Source: an uncultured delta proteobacterium (GTDB lineage: Bacteria; Desulfobacterota; Binatia; UBA9968). Taken from it: a stretch of 16,352 nt of DNA. The notes under the pieces are model-generated. The model had not been told where the DNA came from and ran no database searches. It saw only the letters and a list, made by a program, of their open reading frames with translations. The position numbers were made by a program, and so were the translations under genes. Positions 1 through 8,065 of this stretch are shown here, piece by piece (position 1 is the stretch's first letter; each line of letters begins with the position of its first letter). Location: the NCBI GenBank assembly GCA_963840855.1, contig CAWJBB010000015.1, positions 1 through 16,352 on the forward strand. Reading direction: 5' to 3'.

Positions 1-38
1 TACTCCAATTGAATTTCGTAGTTGAAAGGAGAACGATT

Positions 39-1094
39 ATGCCTAGTCCAGTTCGTATTTATGCCGGCACGCAGGAAGGTTTATTCGTCTGGCGTTCGAA
101 AAACGGTTCCTGGGAGAAAGTCTCGGTGGCATTCGAAACCGGCACCGTCGACTCCATGGACGGTTTGAAAACCCAGCCCAACGTAGTTTTTGTCGGCGTG
201 ACCCAAGATGGGCTTTACCGCACGGATGATGCGGGCAAGAGTTGGCGCAGAGTTTTCGAAGGCAACGTCCGGGCCGTGACCGTCGATCCGACAAATGAGG
301 AAGTCATTTATGTCGGCGTCGAACCGGTTCATCTTTACCGGAGCGAGGACGGTGGAAAGTCTTGGGAGGAGCTCACCGGCGTTCAGGAATTGCCCGCCGA
401 GGTGAAAAAAAACTGGCGTTTTCCGCGCCCACCCACCCAAGGACATGTGCGCCATGTATTCATCCAACCGGACGATTCCAACAGGCTGCTCGTTTGCCTC
501 GAACATGGCGGCATCATCCGCAGCTTTGACCGGGGCAAGACTTGGGAAGATGTCAGCGGCGGCATCGATTACCTCGATATCCACCATATCAGTAACGCGC
601 CCGGGCGAAATGATCTTTACTTCGTCGCCACCGCGCGCGGATTCTTCAAGGCGAGCGATCCGGGCAAAGGTTGGCAGAGAGCCGAGAATGGCTTCACCCG
701 CGACTACTTTCACGACTTTGTCTTTCTGCCGGGAAATCCCGGCGCCATGTTGGTGGCGACAGCGGATAAATCACCGGGTTATTGGGACCGGCCCGAGCGC
801 GCCCAGGGCGCGCTCTTTCGTAGCCGCAATCTAGCGGAAAGCTGGGAACGGATCGGGGTTGGCCAGTGGCTGCCGACGAACATGAAGCAGATGGTCTGGG
901 CGCTGATCCAGCATCCGGAGGATCCGTCCATCGTCTATGCGGGACTCGGCGCGGTTTCGCGCGGCCGCTCGGCGGACGCCAATCAATACGGCGCAGGCGA
1001 TATTCTCGTGAGCACCGATCAAGGCGACACTTGGGAACGGTTGCCCTTCGATTTGCCCGCCGACCGCGTGCTGTACGCGGCGTCGGAGGGCTAG
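39..1094 (+). CDS. Asp-box/BNR-repeat beta-propeller protein (sialidase/GH74/YCF48-like fold), function unknown, probably cytoplasmic
   Basis: Asp-box repeats TDDAGKSW, SEDGGKSW, SFDRGKTW, SRNLAESW, STDQGDTW. ATG at 39 follows AAAGGAGA (SD) and is preferred over TTG at 9. No signal peptide. Confidence 0.85.
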   Translation: MPSPVRIYAGTQEGLFVWRSKNGSWEKVSVAFETGTVDSMDGLKTQPNVVFVGVTQDGLYRTDDAGKSWRRVFEGNVRAVTVDPTNEEVIYVGVEPVHLYRSEDGGKSWEELTGVQELPAEVKKNWRFPRPPTQGHVRHVFIQPDDSNRLLVCLEHGGIIRSFDRGKTWEDVSGGIDYLDIHHISNAPGRNDLYFVATARGFFKASDPGKGWQRAENGFTRDYFHDFVFLPGNPGAMLVATADKSPGYWDRPERAQGALFRSRNLAESWERIGVGQWLPTNMKQMVWALIQHPEDPSIVYAGLGAVSRGRSADANQYGAGDILVSTDQGDTWERLPFDLPADRVLYAASEG

Positions 1095-1096
1095 GC

Positions 1097-1191
1097 GGTT
1101 CAATGTTCAACGTTCAAGGTTAGGAACATCAGTTAGCCGTTCAATCAGGGCTCTCACCACACCTTGAACATTGAACGTTGAACGTTGAACC
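1097..1191. repeat. Intergenic inverted repeat built of tandem heptamers (GTTCAAN x3 ... NTTGAAC x4), STRR/REP-like
   Basis: Left arm 1097-1120 GGTTCAATGTTCAACGTTCAAGGT; right arm 1161-1191 ACCTTGAACATTGAACGTTGAACGTTGAACC; 40-nt spacer. Confidence 0.9.
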
Positions 1192-1216
1192 AAGAGGGAA
1201 GCCGAGTGATGACGTC

Positions 1217-2137
1217 ATGACGGAGTTGCGCGAGATCACGACCGGATTGCGCTTTCCCGAGGGGCCGGTGGCGATGTCCGATGGCTCCGTCCTGCTTGTC
1301 GAGATCGAGCGCCGCACGCTTACGCGGGTCGCTCCCGACGGCGGCAAAAACTTAGTCTCGCAGATGGGTGGCGGGCCCAATGGCGCGGCGCTCGGACCGG
1401 ACGGCAAGTGCTATATCTGCAACAATGGCGGCTTCAAGTGGGTCGAAGATGAGTACTGCCTCCGACCCGTCCTCCAGCCGGAAGACTACAGCGGTGGGCG
1501 CATCGAGCGCGTCGATCTCACGACGGGCCGGATCGAGTTACTCTACACGGGCACCGCCAACGGTGGGCTGCGCGGACCCAACGATCTCGTCTTCGACGCC
1601 CATGGCGGGTTCTACTTCACTGATTTGGGGAAGTCGCGGGCGCGCGAGCGCGATTGGGGCGGCGTCTACTACGCGCGCGCCGACGGCAGCCTTATCCGCG
1701 AGATCATCCATCCCATCTTGACGCCCAACGGCATCGGCCTGTCGCCTGGCGGCGAGCGACTCTACGTCGCCGAGACCGAGACGGCGCGCCTGTGGTCGTG
1801 GGAGATCATAGCTCCAGGCGAGATTCGGAAGAAACCGTGGCCATCGCCGCACGGCGGCACACTGGTGGTCGGCGTGGGCGGTCACCAGCGATTCGACTCA
1901 TTGGCCGTTGACGGGGCGGGCTACATCTGTGTGGCGACCTTGATCAACGGCGGTATCACTATGGTCTCGCCCGACGGTGGCGAGGTGCGGCATATCCCGC
2001 TGCCGGATTTCTATCCGACGAACATTTGTTTTGGCGGGCGTGAGCTGCGCACCGCCTTCGTCACGCTTTCGGGGAAGGGAAAGCTCGTCGCATTCGAGTG
2101 GGAGCGGCCGGGCCTGCGTTTGAACTATGCGCAGTAG
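1217..2137 (+). CDS. SMP-30/gluconolactonase/LRE family protein
   Basis: Motifs FPEGP, GGPNG, GPNDLVFD, PNGIGLSP, FDSLAVD, PTNICFGG. ATG at 1217 preferred because the upstream extension lies in the repeat. Confidence 0.9.
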   Translation: MTELREITTGLRFPEGPVAMSDGSVLLVEIERRTLTRVAPDGGKNLVSQMGGGPNGAALGPDGKCYICNNGGFKWVEDEYCLRPVLQPEDYSGGRIERVDLTTGRIELLYTGTANGGLRGPNDLVFDAHGGFYFTDLGKSRARERDWGGVYYARADGSLIREIIHPILTPNGIGLSPGGERLYVAETETARLWSWEIIAPGEIRKKPWPSPHGGTLVVGVGGHQRFDSLAVDGAGYICVATLINGGITMVSPDGGEVRHIPLPDFYPTNICFGGRELRTAFVTLSGKGKLVAFEWERPGLRLNYAQ

Positions 2138-2205
2138 CGGAATAGCGGCGTTGGATGTTGGCGGCAAGCCAACCGCTGCGCCCAGTGAGCAGCACAGATA
2201 AGCCA

Positions 2206-2922
2206 ATGGGCTCCGTTCTCATTACCGGCGCCGGCCGAGGGATTGGCAGAGCCGTCGCGGAAGTAGCCGCGCGCCAGGGCCACAAAGTGATCGGCCTCAC
2301 GCGCAGTCGGCCGCCCGGCGATTTCCCCGGCGAGGTCTCCGTTGTGGATCTCGGCGACGATGCGGCCCTGTCGCGCTCGGTGGCGGCCATCGTCGAGCGC
2401 AGCTCAATAGATGCGGTGGTCAACAATGCCGGAATTATCAAGGTGGCGCCGCTGGCCGAGATCGACGTCGCCGACGCAAACACGATGTGGGCGGTGAATA
2501 CCCGCGCGGTGATCCGCGTCTCCCAGCTCTGTCTGCCCCGGCTGCGCGAGTCCCCGTGCGGACGAGTCGTCAACATCGGCAGCCGCGCCGCCCTCGGGAA
2601 GATCGGGCGCGTCGGCTATGGCGCGACGAAAGCAGCACTCACCGGTCTGACGCGGTCCATGGCCCTCGAACTCGCGCCCCATGGGATCACCGTCAATTGC
2701 ATCGCGCCCGGTCCGATTGAGACGGAATTTTTCACCGGCGTCAATGCGCCCAACTCGCCGGCCGGCCGCGCTCTCATCGAAGCCATCCCGCTGGGCCGCC
2801 TGGGACGGCCGGAGGAGATTGCCGCCGTCGTGCTCTTCTTTCTTTCCGCCGACGCTGGCTTCATCACCGGGCAGACGCTTTATGTCTGCGGCGGTCTGAC
2901 GATCGGGGCGACCCCAGAATGA
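2206..2922 (+). CDS. Short-chain dehydrogenase/reductase (classical SDR, FabG-like)
   Basis: TGAGRGIG, NNAG, catalytic Ser and YGATK, VNCIAPG, ITGQTLYVCGG. ATG at 2206 lies just before the Rossmann motif. Confidence 0.92.
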   Translation: MGSVLITGAGRGIGRAVAEVAARQGHKVIGLTRSRPPGDFPGEVSVVDLGDDAALSRSVAAIVERSSIDAVVNNAGIIKVAPLAEIDVADANTMWAVNTRAVIRVSQLCLPRLRESPCGRVVNIGSRAALGKIGRVGYGATKAALTGLTRSMALELAPHGITVNCIAPGPIETEFFTGVNAPNSPAGRALIEAIPLGRLGRPEEIAAVVLFFLSADAGFITGQTLYVCGGLTIGATPE

Positions 2923-4508
2923 GCGAAGCGGGCGTGTCCGAGACGTTTTATCGGCTGTTCGACAGCGCGCCTGGCGAGCGCATCTGCGTCGTCCTCCCGG
3001 ATGGCGGCGCGATCCGCTTCGGCGCCATGGCCGCGCGCTCGCGCAGCATCGCCGGTGGCTTTTCCCGGCTCGGCGTGAGCCGCGGCGATGCTATCGGCGT
3101 CTGGATGACAAACACGCCGGCATGGCTCCAAGTCTTCCTCGCCTGCGCGCGCCTGGGTGTCTTGGCCGTAGGTATCAACGCCCGCTTCCGCGGCCGCGAG
3201 GTCGGCGACTTGCTGCGGCGAAGCTCGGCGCGGCTCCTTGTCACCGATGCATGGCAAGGCAAGGTTTCGACCGACGAGATTTTCCGCACCATCGCGCCGA
3301 GCGATCTAGCATCGCTGCGCGCCGTCGTTGTCGCTGGAGAGAGCGATCCATCGACTTGGCGTCCCTTCGAGGTCGTGGCGCTCGATAGCATGATCGACGG
3401 GACGAGCCCAGCGGACGAAGGCCGCCCGGAAGATGCCTGCATCCTGTTCACCACGTCCGGCACCACCGGAAGGCCGAAGCTCGTCGCCCATCGCCAGCGC
3501 GGCATTGTCACCCACGCGCGCGACGTGGCCAACGCCTTCGAACTCGCGCGTCCAGGCTCGGTGGTCTTGCAACTCGTGCCGTTCTGCGGCGCCTTCGGGT
3601 TCTCCCAGGCGATCGCCGCCATCGCCGCGCCCTGCCCGCTAGTTGTGCCGCCCGTCTTCGAGGCCGCCGAGGCAGCGCGGCTTGCGCGCGCCCACGGCGT
3701 GACCAACATGGTCGGCACCAATGACATGCTCGATCGCATGCTCGCGGTAGCCACCGATGAGAGGCCGTTTCCGGACCTCCGCTTCTTCGGCCACGCCAAC
3801 TTCAATCCGGCGTTGCCGGACCTGCCCGCGCGGGCCGAGGCGCGCGGCGTGAAGCTGCGCGGTCTATTCGGCATGAGCGAAACCCTCGCCTTGTTCGCCG
3901 CGCAACCGGCCGCGGCCGGCATTGAGCGCCGCCAGCTTTCCGGTGGCATTCCCTTATCGCCGTCGGGGCAAGCCCGCGTGCGCGACCTCGCATCCGGCGA
4001 GATTGCCGACGCCGGCGTCAGCGGCGAGATCGAATTGCGCGGTCCCAGCCTGATGTCGGGCTACCTGGGCGACGACGAAGCCACCCGCGCGGCGTTCGCG
4101 CCGGATGGGTTTCTGCGCACCGGCGATCTCGGCTACTCGACCGGCGACGGCGGATTCGTCCATCTCGGCCGCATGGGTGATGCGCTTCGGCTTGGCGGGT
4201 TTCTGGTCAACCCGCTGGAGATCGAGGAAACCGTTCTGGAGCTCGACTCGCTCAGCGCCTGTCAGGTCGTCGAGGTTCGACTCAACGGCCGGCCGCGGCC
4301 GATGGCCTTCGTCGTGCCCGTCGCCGGAGCGCAGGCCGACGAGGCGGCGGTCATCGCCTATTGCCGCGATCGGCTGGCGCCGTTCAAGGTCCCGGTACGC
4401 GTGATCATCGTCGACTCGCTGCCGACGGTCGAAGGCCCCAACGGGGTAAAGGTCAGACGCGACGAACTCCGCCGGATAGCACAAGCAACGATCGATGCGC
4501 CGGGCTGA
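2919..4508 (+). CDS. AMP-binding enzyme / acyl-CoA synthetase (ANL superfamily)
   Basis: TTSGTTGRPK P-loop, FGMSE, GEIELRGP, RTGDLG, LAPFKVP. ATGA overlap with the SDR stop suggests translational coupling. Confidence 0.92.
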   Translation: MSEAGVSETFYRLFDSAPGERICVVLPDGGAIRFGAMAARSRSIAGGFSRLGVSRGDAIGVWMTNTPAWLQVFLACARLGVLAVGINARFRGREVGDLLRRSSARLLVTDAWQGKVSTDEIFRTIAPSDLASLRAVVVAGESDPSTWRPFEVVALDSMIDGTSPADEGRPEDACILFTTSGTTGRPKLVAHRQRGIVTHARDVANAFELARPGSVVLQLVPFCGAFGFSQAIAAIAAPCPLVVPPVFEAAEAARLARAHGVTNMVGTNDMLDRMLAVATDERPFPDLRFFGHANFNPALPDLPARAEARGVKLRGLFGMSETLALFAAQPAAAGIERRQLSGGIPLSPSGQARVRDLASGEIADAGVSGEIELRGPSLMSGYLGDDEATRAAFAPDGFLRTGDLGYSTGDGGFVHLGRMGDALRLGGFLVNPLEIEETVLELDSLSACQVVEVRLNGRPRPMAFVVPVAGAQADEAAVIAYCRDRLAPFKVPVRVIIVDSLPTVEGPNGVKVRRDELRRIAQATIDAPG

Positions 4509-4533
4509 ATGATGCACTTCCGCGGCCGTGCCC

Positions 4534-4652
4534 CGTTCCAAACATCCCCTGATGAGCGTGGCACTTTGAACAGCGTGATCGTTTCCGCGCCTGGAACGTT
4601 TGAACAGCTCGAAATCTTGAGCGCCCTGAACGATTCGAACGGCTGGAACTCT
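4534..4652. repeat. Degenerate GAAC-core tandem repeat (8-9 nt period) with a short inverted arm
   Basis: GAAC-like cores at 4594, 4602, 4611, 4619, 4628, 4637, 4646. CGTTCCA (4534-4540) is complementary to TGGAACG (4592-4598). Confidence 0.65.
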
Positions 4653-4707
4653 CCTGAGTTTTCGGAGAGAGCAAGGTCGTGGGGTTATAGAAATGAGTGC
4701 TGGAGGG

Positions 4708-4759
4708 TTGCAAAAAAAGTGGCTTTATGTGTAACTTTATGTGGTATTGAATATATAAT
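4708..4759 (+). promoter_or_regulatory. Putative sigma70 promoter/operator of the toxin-antitoxin operon
   Basis: AT-rich region with TTGCAA (4708-4713), 18 nt spacer, TAACTT (4732-4737); perfect TATAAT at 4754-4759; direct repeat CTTTATGTG at 4723-4731 and 4735-4743. Confidence 0.55.
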
Positions 4760-4777
4760 CTATTGGGTTAATTTGAT

Positions 4778-5041
4778 ATGGCAATGAGCAAAGGGAAGAA
4801 GGTCATTCAAGTGCCAATCGAAGACGATCTACTAAAGCGCATCGATGCTACAGCGGCTGTCGTCGCTGAAAGCCGCGCGGCGTTTATTCGCAAAGCCTGC
4901 CAGCAGCGGCTAAAAACTTTGCAGGCCACGGAGTTGGACCGGTTATATATGGAAGGACACAAACGCCAGCCGGAGGAGCTGGCTTGGGCAGAGAGCTCCG
5001 CCAAACTGCTTTCCAAGCGGTTGCCTAAAGAAAAGTGGTAA
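4778..5041 (+). CDS. Ribbon-helix-helix (CopG-like) antitoxin
   Basis: KVIQVPIEDDLLKRID...ESRAAFIRKA fits the RHH pattern; abuts the toxin (TAA-ATG). Start may be 4784. Confidence 0.85.
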   Translation: MAMSKGKKVIQVPIEDDLLKRIDATAAVVAESRAAFIRKACQQRLKTLQATELDRLYMEGHKRQPEELAWAESSAKLLSKRLPKEKW

Positions 5042-5356
5042 ATGAAGCGTGGCGAAGTTTGGTGGGTTGATATGCCACCGCCGGCTGGCAGGCGGCCCGC
5101 AGTGCTTTTGAGCCGGGATGCGGCGTATCAAGTTCGTGCGGCGATTACAGTCGCACCTGTCACTCGTACCATAAGAGATATACCCGTTGAAGTTTCGCTG
5201 GATCGAAGCGACGGCATGCCGGCGCGTTGCGTCGTCAATTTGGATGATATAACCACCTTGCCTAAAGTTTTGATCAAGCAGCGCATCACGGCTCTCGCAC
5301 CGGAAAAAATCCAGAAAATCGATGCGGCCATTCGTTTTGCGTTGGACCTCGACTAG
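5042..5356 (+). CDS. mazF: Type II toxin, PemK/MazF family endoribonuclease
   Basis: MKRGEVWWV, RRPAVLLSRD, VAPVT, VNLDDITT, IDAAIRFALDL; 104 aa. Confidence 0.93.
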   Translation: MKRGEVWWVDMPPPAGRRPAVLLSRDAAYQVRAAITVAPVTRTIRDIPVEVSLDRSDGMPARCVVNLDDITTLPKVLIKQRITALAPEKIQKIDAAIRFALDLD

Positions 5357-5392
5357 CACTCCGCGACATTTGAGGAAACAAAAGGGCCCCGA

Positions 5393-5468
5393 CTAGAACC
5401 TGGAACGTTAGAACTGCGGACGGGCTAAACGGTTGAAGCGATTGAACGGCTGGAACGATTGGAACTCT
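5393..5468. repeat. GAAC-core tandem repeat (7-mer then 9-mer units)
   Basis: TAGAACC TGGAACG TTAGAAC, followed by TAAACGGT TGAAGCGAT TGAACGGCT GGAACGATT GGAACTCT. The end matches 4627-4652. Confidence 0.75.
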
Positions 5469-5490
5469 TTTGATTTAAAGGTGGTGTGCA

Positions 5491-6039
5491 ATGGTAGCGA
5501 CTGGCGTTTTACTGGATGCGTTCACGCGGGTTAACGAGTCCTTGCACCGCACATTGGCTGACCTCACCGAGGCGGAGCTAATCGCGGAGCCGCATCCTCC
5601 CATAGGTTGGCTCGCCTGGCGGATCAGCCGAGTCATGGACAGCAACGCCTCGCGGCTTTCCGGCCGGGAGCAGCTATGGATCGGAGATGGTTGGGCCGCC
5701 CGATTCGGCATGACGCCCGGCCCCGGGGACTTTGGGCGAGGGGCGAGTCACACGCGGGAGCAAGTTCGAGCCTTTCGCGCCTCAGCGGAGCTGCTTCTCG
5801 CGTACCACGATGCGGCGTACCAGCGAATGAAGACATACCTCGAGGGGCTAACTAAAGAGGACCTTGCGCGGCAACTCGACGAGCCCCAGTATCAACCACT
5901 CCCGACGGTAGCTGTGCGCCTCGTCAGCGTGTTGGAAAACGCGATGACCAATCAGGGGCAGATCAGTTATTTGAAGGCTTATCACCGGCTCGGCGGTTGG
6001 TTCCCGCGGGAGGCCAAAGATCCCGGCAGCGTCCGCTAG
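5491..6039 (+). CDS. DinB/YfiT family protein (mycothiol S-transferase-like) with atypical metal site
   Basis: IGWLAW, EQLWIGDGWAARFG, LLAYHDA, TVAVRLVSVL..GQISY follow the family pattern. AAGGTGG SD-like sequence upstream. Confidence 0.8.
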   Translation: MVATGVLLDAFTRVNESLHRTLADLTEAELIAEPHPPIGWLAWRISRVMDSNASRLSGREQLWIGDGWAARFGMTPGPGDFGRGASHTREQVRAFRASAELLLAYHDAAYQRMKTYLEGLTKEDLARQLDEPQYQPLPTVAVRLVSVLENAMTNQGQISYLKAYHRLGGWFPREAKDPGSVR

Positions 6040-6213
6040 ACCCTATGGAACACTCTGGGGGCTGAGAAAGTCTTTACCGCGCCATGCCCGATGGGAAGAA
6101 ATGGAGTGGCGATCGTAGACCACCTTTGGAATTGCTTTATCTGACCCGCCGCTGGTTTGGAAGTTGACCGGCGATTTGTTAGTCTCGGCGGAGAATTTCC
6201 AGCGGGACTTCCT

Positions 6214-6801
6214 ATGAAATTTCTTCCGCACCTGTTTGACAACAACCGCAAGTGGGCCGCCGAAATCAAGCGCAGGGATCCGGAATATTTCGAACGTTTG
6301 AGCAAGATTCAGAAGCCGGAATATCTCTGGATCGGCTGCGCCGATAGCCGCGTGCCGGCCAACGAGATCGTCGGCCTCGCGCCTGGCGAGCTCTTCGTGC
6401 ACCGTAACATCGCCAATCTCGCGCCGCCGTTCGACACCAACGTTCATTCCGTGCTGCAATATGCGGTCACAAATCTTCATGTCAAGCACATCATCGTGTG
6501 CGGCCATTACGGTTGCGGCGGAGTGTTCGCCGCGCTCCAAGAATGGTCGGGTCTGCCGCTGGAAAATTGGCTTGCTCATGTGCGGGCCGTTTACCGCGCT
6601 CACAAAGACGAGTTGGATGCCGCGCCCGACGAAGAAGCACGTTGGCGCCGCTTATGTGAGCTGAACGTAATGGCCCAGGTCCACGCGGTGCGCGAAGCAG
6701 ACGTGGTTAAAGAAGCGTGGCGAAGAGATCACCCGGTCATGGTGCATGGCTGGATCTATGATCTTAGGGAAGGTTTGTTGAGAGACTTAGACTTGAATTG
6801 A
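6214..6801 (+). CDS. can: Beta-class carbonic anhydrase
   Basis: Q-PEYLWIGCADSRV, GELFVHRNIAN, CGHYGCGG (Zn ligands), HGWIYDL. ATG at 6214. Confidence 0.95.
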   Translation: MKFLPHLFDNNRKWAAEIKRRDPEYFERLSKIQKPEYLWIGCADSRVPANEIVGLAPGELFVHRNIANLAPPFDTNVHSVLQYAVTNLHVKHIIVCGHYGCGGVFAALQEWSGLPLENWLAHVRAVYRAHKDELDAAPDEEARWRRLCELNVMAQVHAVREADVVKEAWRRDHPVMVHGWIYDLREGLLRDLDLN

Positions 6802-6863
6802 CTGTACAACAAATGGGGCGGGCATCCAAAGTGAAATCGGTCAGGATAGCGCGGTTTCGTCAA

Positions 6864-6893
6864 TTGACATCGGCACAGGCCTGGAAGTAAGCT
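6864..6893 (+). promoter_or_regulatory. Putative sigma70 promoter for the amidohydrolase
   Basis: TTGACA (6864-6869), 18 nt spacer, TAAGCT (6888-6893). The -35 lies within the palindrome GTCAATTGAC (6859-6868). Confidence 0.45.
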
Positions 6894-6937
6894 CCGGTCG
6901 TTCAGTCATCGTCAACAAACGATAAGGAATATTTACC

Positions 6938-7942
6938 ATGAACATAATCGACGCCGACGGCCATATTGTTGAGAAGGATTCCGATCTCCGCAAGTACCTT
7001 CCGGAGCCACATTCTAAGCGCGCGGGTCCACTGCGGCCCTCGGACGGCTTGGACACAGGATTGGGCGGCATGGTCGGCGGTCTATTACACAACGATATCC
7101 CGACACGGCTCAAAGATATGGACCAAGAAGGGATCGACGTGTCGGTCTTGTTTCCAACCGGCAGCTTTGCCGTTAACGGTTTTATCGAGCGTGACTACGC
7201 GGTCGCATACGCCCGCGCTTACAATGACTTTGTCGCTGAAGTTTGCCGGCAAAGTTCACGGCTGAGAGCAGTTGCGTTAGTGCCGCTGCAGGATCCGGCA
7301 GCGGCCGTCGAAGAGGCCAACCGGGCGGTAACCAAGCTTGGGCTTTGCTCCATTGCCGTGGCCACTCAGGGCATGAAAGAACACCTGGGATCGAAAACCT
7401 TTTGGCCGCTCTATGAAGAGATGCAACGGCTCAACGTCCCACTCTGCGTGCATAACCGGCGCCGGGGACCGGCAGGCGACAATCGTTTCGATAGTTTTAT
7501 TTTTATGCACACCATTGGCCGCCCGGTGGAAACTTTTATTCAATTTACCGGCTTGATGTACGGCGGCATCGCGGAGAAGTTTCCCAAGCTGCGCGTGAGC
7601 TTTCTTGAATGCGGCGTCGGCTGGGTTCCCTATTGGATGGAACGGATGGATGAGGAATGGGAGAAACGAGGCAAGGTGGAAGCGCCCCTCTGTAAGAATA
7701 AACCAAGTGAGTATATCAAACAGGGAAATTGGTTCTTCGCCATGGAGCCCGAAGAGGAAACGCTTCCCTATGTGATCGAGCGCATCGGCGATGATAAGAT
7801 TCTTTTCGCTTCCGACTATCCCCACTGGGACGGGATGTTCCCCTATGTCACCAAGACCATTCGCGGCCGCAAGGATATTTCCGAGCAGGCCAAAACTAGA
7901 GTCTTAGGGGAAAATGCGAAACGTTTCTACGGGTGGCAGTGA
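6938..7942 (+). CDS. Amidohydrolase_2 family metalloenzyme (LigJ/LigY/ACMSD-like hydrolase, hydratase or decarboxylase)
   Basis: IDADGH, MDQEGID, AYND, PLCVH, FLECGVGW, FASDYPHWD, GENAKRFY. Confidence 0.9.
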   Translation: MNIIDADGHIVEKDSDLRKYLPEPHSKRAGPLRPSDGLDTGLGGMVGGLLHNDIPTRLKDMDQEGIDVSVLFPTGSFAVNGFIERDYAVAYARAYNDFVAEVCRQSSRLRAVALVPLQDPAAAVEEANRAVTKLGLCSIAVATQGMKEHLGSKTFWPLYEEMQRLNVPLCVHNRRRGPAGDNRFDSFIFMHTIGRPVETFIQFTGLMYGGIAEKFPKLRVSFLECGVGWVPYWMERMDEEWEKRGKVEAPLCKNKPSEYIKQGNWFFAMEPEEETLPYVIERIGDDKILFASDYPHWDGMFPYVTKTIRGRKDISEQAKTRVLGENAKRFYGWQ

Positions 7943-7943
7943 C

Positions 7944-8036
7944 ATGAAGACCCGGTTTAGGGTCTTCTTCATTTTCGCTGGGGTTATTCTGGGTCTCGCG
8001 CCGATAGTCTCTACAAGAGCCGTTAGCGCCGCGTAA
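7944..8036 (+). pseudogene. 30-aa ORF resembling an isolated Sec signal peptide (possible remnant of a truncated exported-protein gene)
   Basis: MKTRFRVFFIFAGVILGLAPIVSTRAVSAA*: basic n-region, hydrophobic h-region, V-S-A/A c-region, then an immediate stop. Starts 1 nt after the upstream stop. Confidence 0.4.
7946..7975 (+). terminator. Putative intrinsic terminator
   Basis: GAAGACCC-GGTTTA-GGGTCTTC (8-bp stem) followed by TTCATTTT, 3 nt after the amidohydrolase stop. Confidence 0.5.
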
Positions 8037-8065
8037 CGTCGTCAGGAGCCGCGACTGACTTAGCT

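Noticed and set aside
4549-4615. Hammerhead-like CTGATGAG ... CGAAA
   Set aside because: Stem II cannot extend beyond one pair in the required register, and stems I/III with an NUH cleavage site were not found.
4509-4787. 92-aa ORF between the ligase and the antitoxin
   Set aside because: It runs through the repeat array and the TA promoter and has no recognisable domain.
1097-5468. GTTCAA/TTGAAC repeats as a CRISPR array or integron attC sites
   Set aside because: Units are 7-9 nt in tandem with no unique 25-45 nt spacers, no cas or integrase gene is present, and there is no RYYYAAC...GTTRRRY architecture.
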